NCBI GenBank assembly: GCA_016867035.1
Contig: VGKO01000003.1
Location: 1-45,000 of the forward strand
Origin: Candidatus Pacearchaeota archaeon
Lineage (GTDB): Archaea; Nanobdellota; Nanobdellia; Pacearchaeales; GW2011-AR1
Direction: 5' to 3'
DNA length: 45,000 bases
Part shown: piece by piece, positions 9,792 through 17,564 of the stretch
How the letters are laid out: every line of letters begins with the position of its first letter
How positions within the stretch are numbered: position 1 is the first letter of the stretch
Position numbers and translations under genes: made by a program
Notes under the pieces: model-generated
Database searches by the model: none
The model's input: the letters and a program-made list of their open reading frames with translations, nothing else
Told to the model about the DNA's origin: nothing

Positions 9792-9866
9792 AGCGGGGTA
9801 GAGGAGCCAGGAGTCCTCACAGGGCCCATAACCCTGAGACCGGTGGTTCAAATCCACCTCCCGCTA
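9792..9866 (+). tRNA. tRNA-Met (initiator), anticodon CAT
   Basis: Cloverleaf AGCGGGG/TCCCGCT with A1-U72, three G-C pairs in the anticodon stem (CAGGG/CCCTG), loop CCCATAA, T-loop TTCAAAT; CCA not encoded. Confidence 0.95.
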
Positions 9867-9871
9867 TTTAT

Positions 9872-9954
9872 GCCCGGATCGCATAACGGTATTGCATCGG
9901 ATTGCTAATCCGAGCCCTTCACTGGGCTCCCAGGTTCGACTCCTGGTCCGGGCG
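9872..9954 (+). tRNA. tRNA-Ser, anticodon GCT
   Basis: GCCCGGA/TCCGGGC acceptor stem, TCGGA-TTGCTAA-TCCGA anticodon arm, long variable arm GCCC..GGGC, G73 discriminator. Confidence 0.95.
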
Positions 9955-10014
9955 TTTCTTAATTATATTCTAAAAAAGAAAAATTAATTTAAACCCTGTT
10001 TTATCTTAATATTT

Positions 10015-10731
10015 ATGAAAAAAGCAATTGCTAAAATTGCACTTGGTTTGAGTCTTGCGTTAAGTAGTTTAAATAGTTTTGGAGGCTTAGAACAGACCAA
10101 AACAAATTTAGAAGCCAGAGTTGCATCTCTAACTCAAGACTCTTTTGCGATTAAATCAGAAACAACAGGAGCAATAAGTGCTCCTGTAAACTTGGTGCAG
10201 AGCTTTTCATTACAACCCTTGCTTGTTGGAAAGGCTACAATGGCCTTAGCAAACTCTCCTTATTTTTGTTATAGCAATAATCAGGAAATAATCTTTTATA
10301 CTTCACAGGGTTATACTTCAAGATATCAAATAGTCGCCCATAATTCTAAACCCTGTGGAGAGGGATTTAACCAAATAATACTTATAAAAGGAAACAGAGT
10401 ATTTGGAAAATTTGATTCTTGTATGGATATAGATTTCTCAAGCAATCCGGACAATACCACAAGATATAGAAGTAAGATGTTTATTAAATTGGAGAATGGT
10501 TTTCTTGGAGCTATTTTACGAGGCATACTCCGGGTTCCTTTATTGGGGGATAAATTAAAAAAATCTCTAGAAGAGGAACAAGACAAACTTGTTCAAAGCA
10601 CAAATAAAGTCGTGGAAGATGCTTTGAAAAAGCCAAGAGAGACTCTCGAAAAGTTAGAGGGATATACAAATGGACCCACTTATTTTACCCCCAAAGAACT
10701 CGAATCTATAAGAGAAAAGATTGAAAAATAA
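10015..10731 (+). CDS. Secreted hypothetical protein
   Basis: Signal peptide MKKAIAKIALGLSLALSSLNSFG; no motif recognised. Confidence 0.6.
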   Translation: MKKAIAKIALGLSLALSSLNSFGGLEQTKTNLEARVASLTQDSFAIKSETTGAISAPVNLVQSFSLQPLLVGKATMALANSPYFCYSNNQEIIFYTSQGYTSRYQIVAHNSKPCGEGFNQIILIKGNRVFGKFDSCMDIDFSSNPDNTTRYRSKMFIKLENGFLGAILRGILRVPLLGDKLKKSLEEEQDKLVQSTNKVVEDALKKPRETLEKLEGYTNGPTYFTPKELESIREKIEK

Positions 10732-10765
10732 AAAGATTTATAAAAACCATTATTAATTCTAATTT

Positions 10766-11344
10766 GTGGAAAAGGGGAAAAGCACAATCTTTATAATAGT
10801 CCTAAGTATTATCTTAATTATAACTGGAATTTTATTATTTACAGATATTATAAAAGAAAACAAAACTGAAAACAAAGAAATGCAAAACACAACAAAAGTT
10901 TTACTTGAAACCAATATGGGGGATATAACTTTAGAGCTATATTCTGAACAAACGATAACTTCTGGAAATTTTATCAGCTTAGTTGAGAAAGGAACCTATA
11001 ATGGAGTTATTTTCCATAGGGTTATTGATGGATTTATGATTCAAGGCGGCGATCCGACTGGAACAGGTTACGGAGATCCTAAAATAAAAAATATTCGCGA
11101 TGAATTTAATGGAGAGCAAAAAAATAATAGAGGAACGATTGCAATGGCTAATGCTGGCCCAAATACTGGCTCTAGCCAGTTTTTTATCAATCTAGTCAAT
11201 AATAATTTCTTAGATGGAAGACATCCTGTTTTTGGCCGAGTTGTTTCAGGCATGGATGTTGTAGATGCCATAGCTAAGGTTGAAACAAACTCTGCAGATA
11301 AACCTTTGAAAGAAGTTAAGATAATTACAGCTAAAATATTATAA
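10766..11344 (+). CDS. Cyclophilin-type peptidyl-prolyl cis-trans isomerase with N-terminal membrane anchor
   Basis: FHRVIDGFMIQGGDPTGTG, AMANAGPNTGSSQFFI, LDGRHPVFGRV. Confidence 0.95.
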   Translation: MEKGKSTIFIIVLSIILIITGILLFTDIIKENKTENKEMQNTTKVLLETNMGDITLELYSEQTITSGNFISLVEKGTYNGVIFHRVIDGFMIQGGDPTGTGYGDPKIKNIRDEFNGEQKNNRGTIAMANAGPNTGSSQFFINLVNNNFLDGRHPVFGRVVSGMDVVDAIAKVETNSADKPLKEVKIITAKIL

Positions 11345-11574
11345 TGGCATATCAAGGAAGATTATTACCTGAAGCACTTTTTAGACCGGAAGATTTTAAA
11401 ATTCATTTATCGAGAGGACAATTCGGAGTACATCATCAAGGAGATGTAAGCAATTATGATTCTTCAACAACCGCAATAGTTAGAAGAATTCATGCCCTAG
11501 ATCCACTTGGATTAAAAAGTCATGCATTAGCAACAGAAGTTGAAGGGATGAGTAGAAGGGCAAAAAGTAGTTAA
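11344..11574 (+). CDS. Hypothetical protein (orphan)
   Basis: TAATG stop-start overlap with the cyclophilin gene. Confidence 0.55.
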   Translation: MAYQGRLLPEALFRPEDFKIHLSRGQFGVHHQGDVSNYDSSTTAIVRRIHALDPLGLKSHALATEVEGMSRRAKSS

Positions 11575-11592
11575 TTAATTCTACAAAAAATC

Positions 11593-12366
11593 TTAGAAAT
11601 TACAAATAACGCCTAAAGAAAAAGAATTAAGAGTGCCTGCTTCGCCTGTATTGCTATTGCCTGAATCAAGGCTATAGGTTTCATAAGAAGCTTCTAAACC
11701 AACATTGGTGCCTAAACTTGAATCATTTTTTGACGTATCAAGCCCTATAAAACCTGCTCTAACTCCAAAACCTTTTAAGTTATATTTTTCTGAACCAACT
11801 TCTTCAAAGCTATCATATCGGTGATGCCCCCAGCTTCTTGTAGCTTTTTGAATTGGAATAAAACCATTTACGAAAAATCGCGTTGTATCTGTTTTAAAAG
11901 ATAATCCTACAAAAGGTTGAACTCCGAAAAAATCTCTCTGCAAATAGTCCATTGCAAAAGAACCAGAGCCCTCTGGTCTTGTATCGCCTTGTTGTTGTCT
12001 ATAATCGGGGATTGTTGGGCCATCCTTTGGTTCAACTAAAACGCTATCAAAATTAAGTTCTAAATCAACTCCTGCTGTTAACTCTAATCTCCCTAAATCT
12101 TTTGCTAATTCAACTCCTGGACGAATAGCAAAGGCTTCCCAGCCATTACCTGCTCTAACCCAAGTACTCCCGCTAATAAAACCGGCATCAGCAGGATGAA
12201 CAGGCACTTCTCGAGATTCATTTAAGCTAAGTTGATTGTATCTCGGAGCATAGGCAATTCTACCCCTTAATGATAAACTTTTAGGTAGAAAAGATTCGGC
12301 TCTTGCAGGTAAACTAGCACAACCAGCAGCTAATGCCAAAGCAGCCATCGCTAATAACTTTTTCAT
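11593..12366 (-). CDS. Secreted protein resembling an 8-stranded outer-membrane beta-barrel
   Basis: Likely start MKKLLAMAALALAAGC at 12366; amphipathic strands and C-terminal SFSLGVICNF ending in Phe. Confidence 0.6.
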   Translation of the reverse strand: MKKLLAMAALALAAGCASLPARAESFLPKSLSLRGRIAYAPRYNQLSLNESREVPVHPADAGFISGSTWVRAGNGWEAFAIRPGVELAKDLGRLELTAGVDLELNFDSVLVEPKDGPTIPDYRQQQGDTRPEGSGSFAMDYLQRDFFGVQPFVGLSFKTDTTRFFVNGFIPIQKATRSWGHHRYDSFEEVGSEKYNLKGFGVRAGFIGLDTSKNDSSLGTNVGLEASYETYSLDSGNSNTGEAGTLNSFSLGVICNF

Positions 12367-12430
12367 AAAAAAACAGGGTAATTCGGGCTTAAAAGCATTA
12401 TCAATGTTGAAAATATATCTTAATCTCTCT

Positions 12431-12961
12431 TTATTTTTTCCTTTTAATAACCCTATACGCAAGAATACCAAATATGATTAAAATTAAAACAAGTGCAATG
12501 AAAACAGCTGTTTTATTCTGGAAGTTTTGAACTATACCTTCGAAAACTAAAATTGCTCCTGTTGCTAAGCCTGTTATCTGAATCAGATTTTCTGAAATGA
12601 ATAGACCAATAAGCAACAAAATAAAACCAAGCCCTGCAAAAATATAAAACTTGTTTTGATTATAGGGTTTTTGTGCTTCTTGATAGGCTTGATTACATTT
12701 CTGATAAAAATCACAATAGCCTTGCGGACAAGGTGCTTTTATGCATTGAACCGGTTGTGGAGTCCAGGTTCCATTATATTGCTCACAAACCCCTTTAGTT
12801 ACATTATCATAAGTTTCTAAAGGAATAGACTTGCTGTAGTTACAATAGTTCTCGTAATTTGGCTCGTTCATAAATAAGCTTACTCCAACATTTACTGTTG
12901 AAACTATTATTATCGTGAGAATTATACTGATTATTATACTCAAAGCTAATTTATTTACCAT
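12431..12961 (-). CDS. Membrane protein with Cys-rich extracellular loop
   Basis: One TM helix, a loop with six Cys (CIKAPCPQGYC), then three TM helices. Confidence 0.7.
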   Translation of the reverse strand: MVNKLALSIIISIILTIIIVSTVNVGVSLFMNEPNYENYCNYSKSIPLETYDNVTKGVCEQYNGTWTPQPVQCIKAPCPQGYCDFYQKCNQAYQEAQKPYNQNKFYIFAGLGFILLLIGLFISENLIQITGLATGAILVFEGIVQNFQNKTAVFIALVLILIIFGILAYRVIKRKK

Positions 12962-13041
12962 CTTTTGTTTATAATTTTATTAATACTTGGGCATATTTAA
13001 ATCTTGCTTTGGCACCTTTTAATTTTTTTAGTATAAATCTG

Positions 13042-13130
13042 TTGTAGACAAATTTCTTGTTTTTTGTCTACAAGTTATGTAGGCAAATGTAGACACCAAT
13101 AAAACGAAAGATATATAAATGTAGACACCT
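13042..13130. repeat. Upstream TGTAGACA box cluster, including an 11-bp inverted repeat, overlapping the fic promoter
   Basis: TGTAGACA at 13043, 13088, 13120 (+) and 13065-13072 (-), variant TGTAGGCA at 13078; BRE/TATA CGAAAGATATATAAA at 13105-13119. Confidence 0.85.
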
Positions 13131-13250
13131 ATTATATAGTGGGTGTAAGGACAACATAAGAAGGGAGAGTCTAATTAAACTAACTTAGATGTAGCAACAG
13201 AACATTAATAAAATAAAAAACCCTAAATAAAATAATAACCTAATAAAAAA

Positions 13251-14249
13251 ATGTACTTAGAAAAAAGAAAAACAAAAAAAGGTGAAAAATACTATTTAGC
13301 ACACTCTTTTCGCGAAGGTGGTAAAGTAAACAAGATTAGGGTTTATCTTGGTTCAAATGTTGCTATTCATATTATTCAACAAAGACAGGAGAAAGCTACA
13401 GAGTTATTAAAACAACAACTTAATAGTTTTAAGATAATCAGAAGCCCTATCAATACAAATTTTCTAAGGCGTGAAGAATCACTTATTAAAAAACTGAAAT
13501 TAAAGACTCGATTAAAAGTTATACATCTCTCGGAGAGCGATTGGGAAAGATTTACACAGCTTTTTACTTATAATACTAATGCTATTGAAGGTTCTACTAT
13601 AACCCAAGAAGAAGTTTTTGATATACTCCAAGAAAATAAATGGCCATTTTCAAAACCTAAAGAGGATATTTCAGAAGCTTATGGTGTTGCAGAAGCAATA
13701 AAATATATTAGAAAATCACGAGAACATATTTCGCTTGCTTTAATGCTTAAATTACATGAGATAATCTTTCATAATTCAAAGACTTTTGCAGGTAAGTTTA
13801 GAGAAAAAGGAGTTGAAGTTGGTATTCGCGATGGAACAGGCAACATAGTCCACTTGGGTGCTCCTTCTTCAAGGGTTGCAGGTTTACTTGGTGAATTGGT
13901 TAAATGGTATAATCAAAATAAGAAAAAATATCCCCCTATAGTTCTTGGGGCTGTTATTCATAATCAATTTGAATATATTCACCCCTTTGAAGATGGAAAT
14001 GGGAGAGTCGGAAGGCTTCTGTTAAATAATATATTGATAAAAAATAAGATGCCCCCTGTAAATATATCTATGGAAAGTCGCAAAGAATACTACGAAACCC
14101 TTAGATTATTCCAAAGAACAGGCGATATTAAGCCTACTATTGACTTGATACTTCGAGAGTATCATGAACTGGAGAAAAAATTAAAGAAACAGGAAAAGGA
14201 AAACAAGAAAGGCAAACTAGATAAAAAACCCAGAAAAAAGAAAATTTAA
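13251..14249 (+). CDS. Fic family AMPylase (class II) with N-terminal beta-sheet putative DNA-binding domain
   Basis: HPFEDGNGRVGR catalytic motif; inhibitory TNAIEG motif; N-terminal KYYLAHSFREGGKVNKIRVYLG. Confidence 0.92.
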   Translation: MYLEKRKTKKGEKYYLAHSFREGGKVNKIRVYLGSNVAIHIIQQRQEKATELLKQQLNSFKIIRSPINTNFLRREESLIKKLKLKTRLKVIHLSESDWERFTQLFTYNTNAIEGSTITQEEVFDILQENKWPFSKPKEDISEAYGVAEAIKYIRKSREHISLALMLKLHEIIFHNSKTFAGKFREKGVEVGIRDGTGNIVHLGAPSSRVAGLLGELVKWYNQNKKKYPPIVLGAVIHNQFEYIHPFEDGNGRVGRLLLNNILIKNKMPPVNISMESRKEYYETLRLFQRTGDIKPTIDLILREYHELEKKLKKQEKENKKGKLDKKPRKKKI

Positions 14250-14253
14250 ACAT

Positions 14254-14304
14254 TGTAGACAGATGTAGACACCGAGCCTTTTTTTAATTATTTTGTAGAC
14301 ACCT
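14254..14304 (+). repeat. Downstream TGTAGACA box cluster
   Basis: TGTAGACA at 14254, 14264 and 14294. Confidence 0.85.
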
Positions 14305-14316
14305 AATTTTCGGTTC

Positions 14317-14658
14317 TTACCAGTTTCTTACACTTGTTTCTACTCCGCTAACCCAACCGCGAATTATTACCATTATTTTATCTTTTATTGCATCTTTGTC
14401 TTTTATTGAATATTTATATAAGTAACCTGAAGGCAAATTAAATTGTGATCTTGAGATAATATCTTTTTCAAACAGCTTTTTTACGCTCCTTTGCGTTGTT
14501 GATAAGTCCAATTTTAATTCATGTGCCAATTCCTTGGTTGTTAACCCGCTACCTCTTCTCATTAAAGTAACTAGAATGTTGTAATCTGCCTTACTTAATC
14601 CGAATCCACACCTAATAATTTCTTCTATTTCAAATCTTTTGCATGCGAAATCAATCAT
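14317..14658 (-). CDS. TrmB/MarR-like winged-HTH transcriptional regulator
   Basis: CGFGLSKADYNIL, LTTKELAHELKLDLSTTQRSVKKL, GYLYKY wing. Confidence 0.85.
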   Translation of the reverse strand: MIDFACKRFEIEEIIRCGFGLSKADYNILVTLMRRGSGLTTKELAHELKLDLSTTQRSVKKLFEKDIISRSQFNLPSGYLYKYSIKDKDAIKDKIMVIIRGWVSGVETSVRNW

Positions 14659-14680
14659 TTTTTATTTTTTAAAATTATTT

Positions 14681-15673
14681 TTAGTATTGAGTTAAAGGGG
14701 AGTCTTTATCTCCTTTAGCTTGTACTAGTTCTCTATAAGCTTGACTTGAAGCTATTGCTCCCTGACTAGCTGCAACAACTATTTGCTTGAACTCATTATG
14801 AATAATATCCCCGGCGGCAAAAAATCCTTCTACATTTGTTTTCTGATTTTCATCAGTAAGGATATAGTTATCCTTTGTCTTTACATTTAAAGAAGCGATT
14901 ATTCCCAAATCAGGTAAGCCGCCTGCTTCGATAAAAACACCATTAACATTCAGTATTTTCTTAGAGTTCTTTAATAAAACTCCTTCCACCTTACTTTTAC
15001 CAATAATTTCTGCAAGTTCTTCATTAAAAATAGTCTCTATCTTCTGGTTTTTCTTTATAACATTCAATAATATCTTATCAGGTCTAAAAAACTCTGACTT
15101 TCTATAAATGAGATAAATCTTGCTAGCATGTTCTGCAAGTAAAATTGCAGCAGATATTGCAGAATTGCCTCCGCCTACTACGACTACATTTTTATTCTTA
15201 AAGAAGGGAGCATCACAATTTGCACAGTAACTAACGCCTCTTCCTTTTAGCTCGGATTCACCCTTTATCTCAAGCTTTTTTCTTACTGAACCTGGAGCAA
15301 AAATTACTTTCTTAGCTAAAAAAGATTTAAGATTTGTTTTAATTTCAAAGATTTCTTTTTCTTTAAAAATCCCCTTAATTTCGTCGAATAATACTTCAAC
15401 ACCTATTGACTTTACATGTTCTAAAAACTTTTCAGCCAAATCTTTTCCAGAAATTTCAGAAAATCCTGGATAATTACAAATTTTATGTGCTCCAGCCCAA
15501 TCATCACCGACTTCCCGAGTTATTAATAGAGTTTTTAATCCAAAGCGCTTAGAATAAACTGCAGCACTAACTCCGGCAGGACCCCCGCCAATAATAACTA
15601 TATCATAAAGATTACTTTTACTATTAGATTTATTATGGTTATTGCCAATTTTGTTTTTAGGTAGTTTGGTCAT
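14681..15673 (-). CDS. trxB: Thioredoxin reductase
   Basis: GGGPAG, GVSYCANCD, GGGNSA, TNVEGFFAAGD, KQIVVAASQGAIA. Confidence 0.93.
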   Translation of the reverse strand: MTKLPKNKIGNNHNKSNSKSNLYDIVIIGGGPAGVSAAVYSKRFGLKTLLITREVGDDWAGAHKICNYPGFSEISGKDLAEKFLEHVKSIGVEVLFDEIKGIFKEKEIFEIKTNLKSFLAKKVIFAPGSVRKKLEIKGESELKGRGVSYCANCDAPFFKNKNVVVVGGGNSAISAAILLAEHASKIYLIYRKSEFFRPDKILLNVIKKNQKIETIFNEELAEIIGKSKVEGVLLKNSKKILNVNGVFIEAGGLPDLGIIASLNVKTKDNYILTDENQKTNVEGFFAAGDIIHNEFKQIVVAASQGAIASSQAYRELVQAKGDKDSPLTQY

Positions 15674-15713
15674 TTGTTGTTGGTTTTGATTGGAAATTGC
15701 TTTCCAAAAATTA

Positions 15714-16031
15714 TTAAATTATTGAATCTATCTTTTCTTTTATGGCTTCTTCCGGAGCATAGCCTACTATTCTATCGACTTCTTGTCCTTTTTTTGCTAT
15801 GACTAGTGCAGGAATACCTTGAATATTAAAATCCGAGGCTAATTCTTGATTTTCGTCAACATTTATTTTAACGAATTTTAATTTTCCCTTATATTGGCCG
15901 CTGAGTTTTTCAAATACTGGCGCCATCATTTTACAAGGCATACACCAATCTGCATAAAAATCGATTATTACTGGTGTTTTTGAATCTACAACTTCTTTCT
16001 TAAAATCCCCTGAATTTATGTGTTCTACCAT
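15714..16031 (-). CDS. trxA: Thioredoxin
   Basis: DFYADWCMPCK active site, cis-Pro GIP. Confidence 0.95.
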   Translation of the reverse strand: MVEHINSGDFKKEVVDSKTPVIIDFYADWCMPCKMMAPVFEKLSGQYKGKLKFVKINVDENQELASDFNIQGIPALVIAKKGQEVDRIVGYAPEEAIKEKIDSII

Positions 16032-16036
16032 ATTTT

Positions 16037-16112
16037 AGTACTGATATAAGAAAGCAGTACTTTATAAACGTTTTTAAGAACAGAAAGCGAAGCTTGCAAA
16101 AAGCAGTACTTT
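16037..16112. promoter_or_regulatory. Putative operator (CAGTACT boxes) over the trxA promoter
   Basis: AGTACTG-N11-CAGTACT inverted repeat at 16037-16061; AAAGCAGTACTTT repeated at 16051 and 16100; minus-strand TATA at 16061-16068. Confidence 0.55.
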
Positions 16113-16174
16113 GAATAAAATTTTAAATATGCGAATTTGAAAACCTATTTAAATCATTAAAACCATTAAGTTAC

Positions 16175-16720
16175 ATGAAAAAAGTTGGTGCTATCGTAAA
16201 GATAATTAGTGTTATTTTTTTTATTTTAATGATTTTTTTATTATTATATAGTATATTCAACTATGCAGGCATAAGAGAACTAAGTAGAAACTTGATGTTG
16301 AATTATGGTTTGGGTGTTGTTTTTCTTCTCGCAATTTTTTTAGATGTATTTCCCCAATATCTCTCTGTACATATGCTTCTTATTATGGCTGGTATTGCTA
16401 ATTTAAATATTTGGTTAGTAGGTTCGGTAGTTACCGTAGGTACTTTTTTTGCTTCAATAATAGGGTTTTGGCTTGGAAGATTATTCGAGGATAATTTCTT
16501 TTTTGAAATTTTTGGGGAGAAAAACTACCGTAAAATACATGAGGGTATGAACCGCCACGGAAAATGGTATGTCGCTATATCGGCTATTTCGCCCTTGCCA
16601 TACATACCTATTATATTCGCTGCATTAGGTATGTCTTGGAAGAATTTTATGATCTACGGAGTTTTTCCTAGAATCCTGGGATTTATAGCTACAATAATTT
16701 TTGTTGCGGTGGTGTTTTAG
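16175..16720 (+). CDS. DedA/VTT-family membrane protein
   Basis: Multiple TM helices, GFWLGR, SPLPY..., GMSWKNFMIYGVFPR. Confidence 0.75.
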   Translation: MKKVGAIVKIISVIFFILMIFLLLYSIFNYAGIRELSRNLMLNYGLGVVFLLAIFLDVFPQYLSVHMLLIMAGIANLNIWLVGSVVTVGTFFASIIGFWLGRLFEDNFFFEIFGEKNYRKIHEGMNRHGKWYVAISAISPLPYIPIIFAALGMSWKNFMIYGVFPRILGFIATIIFVAVVF

Positions 16721-16850
16721 TTAAATTGATTAAACTAATCTTATAATTCGTACAAAAGATATATAAATGTAAGATTATTAGATGAAATAAGGTGAAATTT
16801 ATTCTTGCATTGCACTAAATAGATTGAAAGGGGGTCAAAATTAATCAAAA

Positions 16851-17039
16851 ATGGCAAAAAGCGCACTTGATTGGATTGCATTAATCTTGCTTATTATCGG
16901 AGGTCTTAATTGGGGGCTCGTGGGGGTTTTTGAATATGACCTTGTAGCAGCACTATTCGGTGTTGGAGTTGTAGCAAAGACTGTTTATGACTTAGTAGGA
17001 TTAGCTGCATTATACACAATTTATTATTTATTTAAATAA
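16851..17039 (+). CDS. DUF378 small membrane protein
   Basis: LDWIALILLIIGGLNWGLVGVF...LVAALFG...VYDLVGLAALY. Confidence 0.9.
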   Translation: MAKSALDWIALILLIIGGLNWGLVGVFEYDLVAALFGVGVVAKTVYDLVGLAALYTIYYLFK

Positions 17040-17286
17040 AAATAAATAAAATATAAAAATGTGTGTTTAAATAGTCTTTTTATTCTTTTATTTTTCTTTA
17101 ATTTCTTCTTTTTTTTGTATTTCTCTTTAGCTTTATATCGGGAAATGTCCTTATTTCCATAACCGAAAGCTTTTTAAATAGCCCTTGGATTTATTTTATT
17201 ATCACTTAATTGTAATCATGCAAACATTTGCTTTAGCATAGAATTACGGATAAAATTAAGTCAAAAAAATTCGAGAAATAATTAAA

Positions 17287-17499
17287 ATGCCCCATATTCT
17301 ACAACCAAAACACGCTATATTAAAATCTCAAGAGGTAGAAAAGCTTCTCACAAAATACAATATTTCCTTAACTCAATTACCAAAGATACATTTAGAAGAC
17401 CCGGCTTTGCCAAGTGGTGCTTCGGTTGGTGATGTAATTAAAATAGAGAGAAAAGACGATTCAGGGACTCATGAATATTTCAGAGTTGTTGTTATCTAA
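17287..17499 (+). CDS. rpoH: DNA-directed RNA polymerase subunit H (Rpo5)
   Basis: HILQPKH, LPKI..DP, GDVIKIER, YFRVV; located upstream of rpoB. Confidence 0.95.
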   Translation: MPHILQPKHAILKSQEVEKLLTKYNISLTQLPKIHLEDPALPSGASVGDVIKIERKDDSGTHEYFRVVVI

Positions 17500-17564
17500 T
17501 AACCTAAAAATAAAAAATTCAAATCAATTAAAACTATAAACAAAAATTTAAATCAAAAAACAAA

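Noticed and set aside
13042-14304. IS element or CRISPR interpretation of the TGTAGACA repeats
   Set aside because: No transposase or integrase catalytic domain, no terminal inverted repeats across the gene, and the repeats are too short and irregularly spaced for CRISPR.
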